Below, piece after piece: positions 54,530-64,000 of a stretch of 64,000 nt of DNA. Source of the stretch: Eledone cirrhosa (Eukaryota); contig OZ024741.1 of assembly GCA_964016885.1 (NCBI GenBank), positions 105,462,001-105,526,000 on the forward strand, given 5' to 3'. Below the pieces are notes generated by a model, which was not told the origin of the DNA, ran no database searches, and worked only from the letters and a program-made list of their open reading frames with translations. The position numbers and the translations under genes are program-made. How positions within the stretch are numbered: position 1 is the stretch's first letter; each line of letters begins with the position of its first letter.

Positions 54530-55850
54530 TAGGTATGTTTAATATCATGCGCTCAGTCGCCAAGGTTGTTCCTTTTTGTCCATGTTGTATTTATTAACTC
54601 TCGGCCCCCTACGCCACAAATTATAAGCGTTGAGAGGGGCATGACACGCGAACTAAGATGTGGGAGATGTCTCAGCATATGCCAACAACGTCACCTTAGA
54701 GGTGTCGAGCTCCAAACATTGAGATGATCGTCACTGCTCTCAGGAAGTACAAAGCAGTAATTAACCAGGAAAAGTCAGTGGACCTGCAGCTCGGCACCTG
54801 GGGAGGCAAGTCCATGTTGTCCAACAGCGGGCACTAGACAGACGGACCGGTTAAATTGCTTAGGGTTTGGTTTGGTCTGGTCCTATTGGACAAACACTGG
54901 GACGAGGTAATGAACAGGTGGCCACTCTCATCCAGAAATGTGCCAAGAGGAAGCTATCCCTGAAAAGTTAGGCAGAGGTGGCTAATGTGTACATCCAATC
55001 CGTCATCTACCACCTGACTGTTGTGCTTTGTCCTGGTCCGTGTCTGACTGCACAGGAGCATTTGCTCATTCGCTTTTTGTGCAATTTGCTGTTAACATAC
55101 ACTATGTGGAGGACTGGGCATGCCGTGGCTGATGACGTGCAACCCTGCACTGAGGCTATATCATCTCCAGCTTTTTACTAACAGTGAACAGGTATGGTCA
55201 CTGTTTACTAGATGCGTGTTTCCACAGCTCATCTCCTTGACAGAGATGCAGTCCAAGGTCAAGCAAAGACTGAGAGGGAATGCTTGAAAATTGGTAAGCA
55301 CACACATCTCTCTGCCAATCGGGCAGTACAACTATTGGAAACTCTAAAGCTTCCTTTAGCTGGGAAGAATATGAAGTTTTTATTTGCCTTGTGACTATGG
55401 CAAAAGAGTTTGTGTGGTGGACGTATTTGAAAGGGTTGAACGAAGACAAGCACTTTCCTCTTCGGCAAAGCACTGATTAGCTTTTTCAAGTTTCTCTTGA
55501 AGAAGGAAATAAGGATGGTGAGGAGAGTGTTGCCTACGAACAAGTTTTTTGAAAGGTGAGTGAAAGTGGCAAGCCTGGCCTGAGTGAATTGTCTTGCTCT
55601 GAGTATGTGCCTATAGATTAAAGGAGGACAACTGGGAGCGGGTATTTGCTCTAGCAGTTAGGGTGACCATGGCTTTTTGTGGGGTTTCTCCATGAATGAC
55701 TCTCAGAGGTTTTCCCCTTTTGGGGAATTTGTTTTGTTTGATTTTTTAAATGTTTATTTTAGTTTTTTATAACCATTTTTACTCACAATGTCATCTTTAT
55801 TGTTTGCTTAATGTTAGCTTTGTGTGGCTAATAAAGAAACCGTTAGAAAC
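54530..55850 (+). mobile_element. L1/Tx1-like LINE 3' fragment in MRPL20 intron 1, decayed
   Basis: RQGC..LS.LY, AYANNVT (degenerate YADD), INQEKS, VKLLRVWFG; T-rich 3' UTR with aataaa. Confidence 0.7.
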
Positions 55851-55874
55851 AATTATTATTATTAATTATTATTA

Positions 55875-56098
55875 TAGAGCGGTGGATTAGCAGTCGTGGT
55901 AGAGGATCAGGCACCATGCTTTGCAGCATATAGTTATGGCCCTTTACATTCTGAGTTCAAATACCACTGAGGTTGTGTTGCCTTTCATCCTTTCGAGGGT
56001 TGATAAAATAAAGTACCAGTAACGCACTGGGGTCAATTTAATTGACTTTCCCCTCCCCCAAAATTGCTGGCCTTGTGCTTAAATAAGAAGCCATTATT
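55875..56098 (+). mobile_element. tRNA-SINE with a MetaSINE-like domain
   Basis: gagttcaaatacc..gcctttcatcctttcgagggttgataaaataaagtaccag. Confidence 0.75.
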
Positions 56099-56460
56099 AG
56101 TCTTATTTTTATTGTGTGTAATCATTGCATTACTGAGCACAGCTCCTTGTGACTTGGGTATGTGCAGTGTTGGTTTTGGTGGTGTTATTTTTATTGTATT
56201 GCAAGTACTCTTCATAATGTACTGTGTCTAATAGTGCTGTTTTTGTATACTGTATATATTTGTGAGTTTTGGTTATGTATCTGTCTGTAGAATTATAGTA
56301 GTAGTAGAATCCTGAACACTAGTAGACTTGGTTGTAGAGTGTTAAATAAGTATAGGTTTATCTCTAAGAGGATATTAATATTTTGGAAGGAAGAAGTATT
56401 ATACAGTGTGTTTAGTGTAGGGGCTAGCGGATTATTAAATGGCATTATTAAATAGCTTTT
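56098..56460 (-). mobile_element. R4/Dong-like RLE LINE 3' fragment
   Basis: Minus strand encodes IQKTALLDTVH, degenerate for QK.ALLGTAHILRK. Homologous to 58215-58400. Confidence 0.6.
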
Positions 56461-56520
56461 CTTTTCGTAAATTAAATCTTTTATTTATTAATTATTATTA
56501 TATTTTTTTCTTTTTTACAG

Positions 56521-56631
56521 CATTTCTTTGGTCGTAAAAGAAACTGTTATTCCATCTCAATCCGTTATGTACACAGAGCATTACGGTATTCTACCTGGGG
56601 TAGAAGACTGAAGAAAGCTGATGCCAAAGAA
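56521..56631 (+). CDS. MRPL20: MRPL20 exon 2
   Basis: ttttttacag|HFFGRKRNCYSISIRYVHRALRYSTWGRRLKKADAKE|gtaaga; L20 motif F.GRK..CY. Confidence 0.95.
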
Positions 56632-56899
56632 GTAAGAATATTAAAATTGTCTCTTTCTACTATTACATGCACACATGTGAATGTGTGTATGTATCTGTAT
56701 ATATATGTGCGTATGTGTTTATATATATGTGTATGTGTATTCATATGTATGTGGTTTAGAATAGGTACACCATATCTTTGCATGTCATAAGAGGCAACTA
56801 AAAGAGTTGGTGTCAGGAAGGGTACCTTACCATAAAACAATGCCTCAAAAAAGGATCTCATGACAAGTATGATAACATATAGGCAGGGTACAGTCTGAA

Positions 56900-57720
56900 A
56901 TACTTTGTGAGGTACCCCATTCTCTCTTGTCAAAACTCAAGATGAGAAATATGGTTGAAACATTAGGAGGAGTTCAATCTGTTTATTATGGCCAAGTGCC
57001 TGATGTTCCTTATGGAGACCAAGTATATGATGTTTGGGACATAGAAAGTAGGTAAATGATAATGACTACTTGGGACCAGTTCAAATCCGGCAAGCTCAAG
57101 GAAATCATTTGCACTTTGTGTCCAATGAAAGATATCCCAATCAATCTCAGAGTAACTGAAGTCACCTGCAATGAAAACAAAAGTGACAGTTTTCCTGGCA
57201 GCAGCTCTGATGATATCAAAAAGCTGTGGGTCTTGATGGTAATTTGGGGCAGTAAACAACTCCAAGTAGAAATGTTGACATGGTCATATGTATACCGTAG
57301 AAAGATACTTCTTGTGATTAGTTCTAATCATTGCAAGAAATTGCTGAAAAGTTTGAACGAACATGGACCATCACACCACCACAATTAATGTGGTCTTCGT
57401 GAAACAAGTTGTAGCCAGCTATGCTAAAAACACCATCATAGAGTAAAGAATGCACCCATGTTTCCGTGACTGTAAGTTGATAGGAAGATCAGGAGATGTT
57501 TTCTTTCTAACATACTTAATTTCTCTTGCTTCTTTTAACCTCCACACCTTCAACCTGGGTTCATATTTTCTCTGCTGAGTTCTCCTCCCACCTTCAAGAC
57601 ACAAACAACTAAATGGTGTGATGTGACAACCTCCACATCTGGGATTACCTTTACATAATGAAGGTTTCTCTTGTTTCACCTACATTCCATCTAGTAGCTG
57701 ACAGTTGATGACGACCTCCC
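56900..57720 (-). mobile_element. Decayed CR1-like LINE (endonuclease region) in MRPL20 intron 2
   Basis: Reverse complement aligns to 62895-63130 (PNYHQD.QL.DI.RAAARK..FIAGDF...EIDW). Confidence 0.85.
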
Positions 57721-58001
57721 CCACCGATGTGTAACGAGTTTGTTATCTTTCAAGATTAATAAATAAAGCACTGGCTCAAACACAGTGAATTAGCAAAATT
57801 GTTAAAGTCAGAGTCAGACAGGATACTTTGCAGTATCTAATCTAGCTCTGTCCATTCAAATCTCGTCCTTCCAAAACCAATCACATGGAAAAACTAAAAA
57901 GGCTTTTTAGTTTGGAATTCTTCACTTTCTTATCCCCCACCCCCCAAAAAAGCAACAACAAAAAATTTTTTTCTTTTCCTTTTTTTTCTGCACATTTTCA
58001 G

Positions 58002-58079
58002 TTATTTATGATCAGAATCAACGCTGCATGTCAAGAACATGGAATTGAATATAGAAACTTTTTACATGGTCTTGCTAGA
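58002..58079 (+). CDS. MRPL20: MRPL20 exon 3
   Basis: ttttcag|LFMIRINAACQEHGIEYRNFLHGLAR|gtgagt; L20 motif I.RINAA..EHG..Y. Confidence 0.95.
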
Positions 58080-58214
58080 GTGAGTTGCTTTTTCTTTGTT
58101 TCTTGCTTTTACATTATCATCATCATTATTATTTAACTTTGCCTTTCATCCTTACTGAGTCGATAAAATAAAGTACCAATAATGCACTTGTGCCAAACAT
58201 AGAAACAATTATTA

Positions 58215-58400
58215 TTTTTCTTAGTCTTATTTTTATTGCATGTTGTTATTGCATTACCAAGCATAGCTCTTTGTGCCTTGGTTATGTGCAGTGTTGTTTG
58301 AGAATACTCTTTGTAATATGTGTACAGTGCCTAGTAGAGCTATTTTCTGTCTGCTGTACATATTCTGAGCCCTAAGGTTTTAGTTATGTATATTATTATT
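58215..58400 (-). mobile_element. R4/Dong-like 3' fragment
   Basis: Minus strand cagaaaatagctctactaggcactgtacacatattacaaagagtattc reads QKIALLGTVHILQRVF. Confidence 0.65.
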
Positions 58401-58689
58401 GGTGGACTGGTTTTATAACAACAAAGCACCCAGTCCACCCTGTAAGGTGTTGTGTTGGTGACATGATGAAAAAGTATCCAGTCCTCCCTGTTAGGTGATC
58501 ATTTTGGTGCCACGATTAAAAGTACCCATTCCACACTGTAATGTGGTTGGAAGGAGCTATAGAAACCAAGCCAAAATACAAATCCGTATGAGCAAGACAT
58601 GGTCACCTGACCTGAATTGTCTCATAACATGACAACCCATCTAAGCTATACAAATGTGGAAAAATAGATGTTAACAGTGATGATGATGA

Positions 58690-59095
58690 TGTCTGATGCC
58701 TGCATGTAAAGTGTGATGTTGCATGGTAGTGAGATATGGGCAGTGAATGCAAAGGATATGTAAAGGCTGGACAGAAATGAGTCAGGCATTCTTTGATGGA
58801 CATGTAATGTTAGTGTGCATGAATGATGGAACATGGATGAACTGAGAGAAAAAAACTGGACATAAAGGAAATCAGAAGAGAAAAGATTATGCTGGTATGG
58901 ACATGGGATGTGTTTTGATTATGATTGTTGGGTGAAGAATTGCCAAGAGATCACAGTGGAAGAAAGCTGCTGTAGGTAGATCTCAAAATACTGAACCTCA
59001 CAGAGATGTTAAAGGAATGCAACAAGTGGAGGAATGCTGAACTGGAAAAGACCTGTCCAACCGATGGAAACATAGAGAAGCAGTGTAAAATGATA
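58690..59095 (+). mobile_element. RTE LINE 3' fragment, preceded by a SINE tail (58420-58690)
   Basis: DAC...VMLHGSE.WAV and RLCWYGH remnants; RTE-type tail. Confidence 0.7.
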
Positions 59096-59153
59096 CACAA
59101 TCTATTATGACTTAACCAAATGTTTCACGATTTTCTATCTTCTGTCTCTCCAG

Positions 59154-59219
59154 GCTGATGTCTCTCTCAATCGTAAAGTATTAGCTGATATTTCCATCTA
59201 TGAACCTCGCACATTTAAG
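59154..59219 (+). CDS. MRPL20: MRPL20 exon 4
   Basis: ctctccag|ADVSLNRKVLADISIYEPRTFK|gtaaca; L20 signature LNRKVLAD..IYEP.TF. Confidence 0.96.
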
Positions 59220-59279
59220 GTAACAACTTTCTATTCAATTGTTTCCATTTAAAAAAGTTTAAATACAATTTAAGTTGGG

Positions 59280-59312
<33 letters not shown>

Positions 59313-59594
59313 ATGTCTCTGTATTGGATGGGCATCCAGCTGTAGAAAACTTGCTAAACAAAAGATTGGGCAGATATTCAGTTGTATGAAAGACATAACA
59401 ACCTCTCTAGTGCTGGTGCCACGATAAAGTGTACTTAGTAGAATGTTGAACTGTATGTAAGTGAAATGTAAACCCCTGTCCTGTCTGGGCAGTCAGTAGC
59501 CCTCCACAGTACTAACTCAGTCTGTGAAGATCTGCCTGACTCTTGCTAGCAGGGAAAGTGATTGTTAAATGATGATAATGATGATATATATATA

Positions 59595-60830
59595 GAGAGA
59601 GAGAGTGACTAAAGAAAACTGGCTTCATTTTTTTTTTTTCTACATTATTCATTTTTGACAATATATTTAGTTTAAACCATTAAAACAACATATCAGAAAT
59701 TCGCTATTTTCTGTCCACACATGTTCCAAGTGATCCCCATTTGAATCCATGCATTTTTTTAGGCACAAGGTGAAGTTTGGCATAACATCTTTACTAACAG
59801 ACTTAGAGATGGCTTTGATCTCCTCCTTGAGGTTTTCCTTTAGTTCAGTGATGGTCCTGGGTGTGTTGACATATACCCTATGTTTCAGATTGCCCCAAAG
59901 AAAGAAATCCAGGGGGCTTAAATCAGAGCACTGTGGGGGCCCACTCAAAATCATTCTTCAAACTGATTACACGATTTCCAAACTTGTTTTTCAGCCATTC
60001 TCTTGGTACATTTGAGGTGTTGCGAGTTTTCTTGCTTCCGGGACCTCCACACAGCATCCTTTTGTGATGGTAGCAGTGTCACCATATTCTTCAAAGAAGA
60101 ATGGGCCAATCAACCCTCTCTCAGAAATAGCAGTCCAGATGGTACCTTTAACTGAGTGGAGAGGTTTCACAGCCACTTCAGTAGGTTTCTCTGACCCCCA
60201 AAACACATTGTTCTTAGAGTGGATCTTCCCCTCTAAGTGAAAGTGGGCTTCATCAGAGATCCATAGCAAATTCAGAAAATTTGGATTTTTCATCTTCTCC
60301 AGCATTTTTTCAGCCATAACCTTTCTCTTGGTCTCATCAGTTACAGTAAGCTTTTGTTTAGTCTGTATTCTGTAGGGACACTTCTTAAGATCCTCTTTGA
60401 CAACCCTTCCTCAAGTTTCTGTGGAGAAACCCAAGGATTGGCTTCTCCTGTGCAGTGATCATTTTGGTCTCTGTTCAACAGACTCAGACCATGTCAATAA
60501 CTTCTTGGGTTCTTAAGAGTGGGTAGGATGGTCATCAGACATTGCATTAAAGTTCTCCACTGCCCCATAGGTCTCAAACTTCTTCACCCAGTTTTGTATA
60601 TTGGTTTTGAAGGGAGATTTGTCTGATCCCAAAATTGCATGAAATTACTCCTGGACCTGTTTCTAGGAGCTACACTTACAGTAGTGTTTCATACAGAAAA
60701 TCTGGTGCTGGAGTTCCTATTGGTCTTGTCTTCTGCCATGTCCAGAAATTTACGGTTAATTGGTTAGAAAATGAATACACAGTGACACAAAATGTGCATA
60801 GGGCCAGTTTTTTTTTACTCACGCTTTATA
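59595..60830 (-). mobile_element. Tc1/mariner DNA transposon (DDxD type), decayed, in MRPL20 intron 4
   Basis: WISDEAHFHLEG and SDLSPLDFFLWG.LK..VY. TIRs agagtgactaaagaaaactggc / gccagtttttttttactcacgct flanked by TA runs. Confidence 0.9.
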
Positions 60831-60936
60831 TATTGTAATGAATATTATTAAAGTGTCCATTGCTGATCACTAATATATTAGTATATTGGCTGTCAATTTA
60901 AGATGTATTGATAAATATATGTGTTCTGTATTTCAG

Positions 60937-61038
60937 AGTTTAGCTGAATTAGCGAAACGACATCAAAGAGAGATGGGATTGACGGCTAAAGGTCTTGATG
61001 GTCCACCCCAAGGTGTCTTTCTACGAAGTATGCTGTGA
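60937..61038 (+). CDS. MRPL20: MRPL20 exon 5
   Basis: tatttcag|SLAELAKRHQREMGLTAKGLDGPPQGVFLRSML*; spliced total 147 aa. Confidence 0.93.
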   Translation, partial: SLAELAKRHQREMGLTAKGLDGPPQGVFLRSML

Positions 61039-61065
61039 TTTTGTTGCCTTTACTTGTTCTTTTTC

Positions 61066-61071
61066 AATAAA
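61066..61071 (+). promoter_or_regulatory. Candidate polyadenylation signal of MRPL20
   Basis: AATAAA 27 nt after the stop, followed by a GT-rich downstream element. Confidence 0.6.
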
Positions 61072-61148
61072 ATTCTACTTGTAAAAAACGAAAACTATTC
61101 TTGTTGTGCGATTATAATGTAGAAATAACTAATTTTCTTTTACAAATT

Positions 61149-61490
61149 GGAGGCACATGGCTTAGTGGTTAGAGCATTGGCCTTGCAATTGAAAGGTTGT
61201 GAATTCAATTCTCAGACCGGGTGATGTGTTATTTCCTTGAGCAAGGCACTTTATTTCACATTGCTCCAGTTTACTCAGCTGTAGAAATGAGATGATAGGG
61301 ACTGGGATTCCTCTCATTCCACTGCAAAGTGGTCGTGGAGGTGCCACGGCAAAAAAGCACCCAGCACTCACTGTAAATGAGGTTGGTGTTAGGAAGGGCA
61401 TCCAGCTGTAGAAATCAAGCCAGAATCAGTTCCCGTCTCACCCTTGCAAGCAGGGAAAAGTGGACATAAAACGAAATGAAAATGATGAAA
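61149..61490 (+). mobile_element. Full-length tRNA-derived SINE with an RTE-type tail
   Basis: Same family as 27184-27492: box A/B head, ccttgagcaaggcacttt body, ggaaaagtggacataaaacg tail. Confidence 0.9.
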
Positions 61491-62129
61491 TATGAAATCA
61501 TATAAATGGTTTACTAAATGTAAAACAAATATTTATTATCATCTTACTCAATCATTAGTTCCTCAGTGAAGTTCATTCATATCTCCTATATTAAATATTG
61601 AATTCTGTTATTGGTGCCATGGTAAAATGCACCCAGTACACTCTGTAAAGTGGTAGTACTTATGCAATGATAAAATACATCCAAGAAATTCCTTGCAGAC
61701 ATAAAACAATGATGATGAATTCTTCTTTGTTTATGAGCCCCACAAGGTATCAATGATAGGGTGCACCATAGGGTCCTGTTCTATAGGAGACATGTTTTCT
61801 ACAGTCTATTTCTAAGATTCTATGTTAATACTCATGGCTTTCACTGTTACTTCTAGGCTACATTTGTAACATCTTTTCTGGTTGTTGCCTGTTGTGTTCT
61901 CTGTAACAAGTTTGCCATAGAGGAGTGCTTTTATATGAATATATAATCTGAACAACATCCAGGGAATTCTGTGTTATGTTGTCACAGATGAACTTTCATT
62001 TATAACACAAATCACTAACATATTGGGGTCAACATTTCATTTTCTTGACTAAAGATTGGACAGTATGTTGGTTACGGGGTTACTATAGATGTCTGGTAAT
62101 ATCTCTACATATACTGCTTACATGGCCAC

Positions 62130-62372
62130 AATAGATGTGTAGTAATAATCCTACAAAATATACTAGTTACAGGGCTACAGTAGATATGCAGTAAAAACCC
62201 TACAAAATACTAATTACAGAGCTACAGTAGATGTACAATAAAGACCCTACAATATACTAGTTTCAGGGCTACAGTAGATGTAAAGACCCTGCAGTATACA
62301 GGTTACAGGGCTATAAAAGATGTCAAATAAAGACTATACAATATACTGGTTACAGGGCTATAGCAGATGTCC
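62130..62372. repeat. About 47-bp minisatellite, about 5 copies
   Basis: Recurring actagttacagggctacagtagatg..aagaccctacaatat. Confidence 0.85.
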
Positions 62373-62740
62373 AGTCATTAACCACAGAAGCTTTATAACT
62401 TAGTAAAGAGAAAAACAACAAAATTACCCCTTCCCACCAAAAAAAGCATTCCATTTATCTGTATCTACAGATAAAGACAAAGGTTTTTTAATGGAGAGGA
62501 ACAACAATGGTAGATTAAAAATTAAAAAAACACATCGTGGGATAAAATATTTATAGTGAGCTTTGATATATCTTGTAGAAAATAACAGAAACAGACTTGG
62601 CAGATTATATACACACACATACAAATTCCTCTCTCCATGCACACATATATATATAGTAAAAATTAAAAGTGGAAAAGCACAGGGGTATATTTAAAATTAA
62701 GGTGTTTGCTCCAACATTTCGGGTAAAGACCCCCTTCGGT

Positions 62741-64000
62741 CATGATGGGGTTTTCAGCATGACTGGCTACAACCTGTTTCGTAAAGACCGTATTAATCGT
62801 TGTGGTGGTGGTGTAATGGTCTACGTTCGGTCAAATCTGTCGGCAATTCCTTGTGCTGATTTGAACCAATCACAGCAGGAAGTTTTTTTCTGCGATATAC
62901 GTATGACCATGTCAACACTGCTACTTGGAGTCGTTTACCGTCCCCCAAATTACCATCAGGACACTCAACTTTGTGATATCCTCAGAGCTGCTGCCAGGAA
63001 GACAGCCACTTATGTTTTCATTGCAGGTGACTTCAATCACCCTGAGATTGACTGGGAGACCTTTCGTTGGCCGCCAAGTGCAAATGACTTCCTTGAGCTG
63101 GTGCTGGACTCGAGTTGGTCCCAGGTGGTCACCTCCCCAACGAGAGGTGACAACACTTTGGACCTACTCTTCACCACTACTCCTGAAACGGTCATTAGTG
63201 TTACTGCTGAGGAACCTTTAGGTGACTCTGATCATGCTATGATCATTGCCAATCTATCCCTCATGGGCAGTAACAAGAACCACAACCATCTCCAAACTGC
63301 TCACTTTGACTGGAATAAAGCAGACTGGAACTGTTACTGCACTGAGTTGCAACAGCCAAACTGGCTTGAGTTCTACGACTCTGGAGATGTCAACACTGTA
63401 CTCCAGAACATCCTGAGCTCAATATGGACAGCATGTGCAGCATCGGTGCCACGTAAGCGGAAAAAACATCCCAAAAGCGCAATTTGGGAGACTGCAGCAG
63501 TCCGTCTTGCCAGAAAAGAACGGTGCAATGCTGAACGGGAGTACAAACTTCACAAATCAGACATTAATAGGAAGAGGCGAAATAGATCGTCCAACCACCT
63601 CAAACAGGTGACAAAAAAGGCAGTGCTTCAATTTGAGCAGCGCATAGCAACCAGCCCTGACAGTAAGGTGTTCTGGAAGTATGTTCACTCAAAGCAGAGG
63701 CCTCACTCTCCAGTTGGTCCTCTTCGCAATCCCCACACAAGCCAGGTTACTGACGACCCCAAGGAATGCGCAGAGCTCATTGCTGAATGCTATGCAGGCA
63801 TTTTCACTATTGAAGACCAGAGTGTACCATCTTCACCACCTATGACACCGGACTCTATTACAACCATGGAATTTACACCTGCAATGCTGCGACGTCACCT
63901 AAAAAATAAACGCAACCATGCCTCTCCTGGTCTTGATGGTGTTACGTACCTGCTTCTTAAACGTGGTGGGTACTTCCTTCTACACCAGTTATCACGCTTC
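62741..64000 (+). mobile_element. CR1-like LINE ORF2 (APE endonuclease into linker), 5'-truncated, open to the window end
   Basis: Manual translation gives 420 codons without a stop: GYNLFRKDR, GGGVMVYV, GVVYRPP, AGDFNHPEIDW, PTRGDNTLDL, SDH, FWKYV, SPGLDG. Confidence 0.92.

Noticed and set aside
61149-61222. tRNA gene (also 27420-27492)
   Set aside because: The tRNA-like head continues into a SINE body and RTE tail; there is no proper acceptor stem.
62710-62750. Minus-strand hammerhead remnant CCGAAGG-GGGT-cttt-ACCC-GAAATGTT
   Set aside because: Two core substitutions and no stem I, and it overlaps the CR1 junction; at most a dead relic.

Overview
AT-rich, repeat-dense eukaryotic (animal) DNA. 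The mix of RTE/CR1 LINEs, tRNA-SINEs with RTE tails, Penelope-like elements (PLEs), (TA)n tracts and TGEKP-type C2H2 zinc-finger arrays suggests a coleoid cephalopod such as an octopus; this is inferred, not shown. There is one convincingly intact host gene: a five-exon mitochondrial ribosomal protein L20 (MRPL20, + strand, 53410-61038, 147 aa by my manual splice), whose first intron requires a non-canonical GC-AG donor. Two decayed, mutually homologous C2H2-ZNF genes point away from each other (about 3.2-3.8 kb on -, 46.9-47.9 kb on +). Most of the rest is transposon debris: RTE with an internal PHD finger, RTE-BovB, CR1-like, L1/Tx1, CRE-like, R4/Dong-like, PLE, Merlin, Tc1/mariner and SINEs. 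An 18-kb block (17-35 kb) holds a nested higher-order satellite, a hexamer-phased low-complexity tract, exon-like acidic modules and a telomere-like array inside inverted repeats. The most notable hidden signals are: (1) several minimal hammerhead-ribozyme motifs, including a well-formed back-to-back pair in an inverted PLE terminal repeat; (2) Merlin termini 39.7 kb apart with a 7/8 matching flank; (3) the AAAB-AAB-AB-A satellite; (4) a possible cryptic minus-strand gene for a repetitive acidic protein. Boundaries of decayed repeats are approximate and were read by eye.
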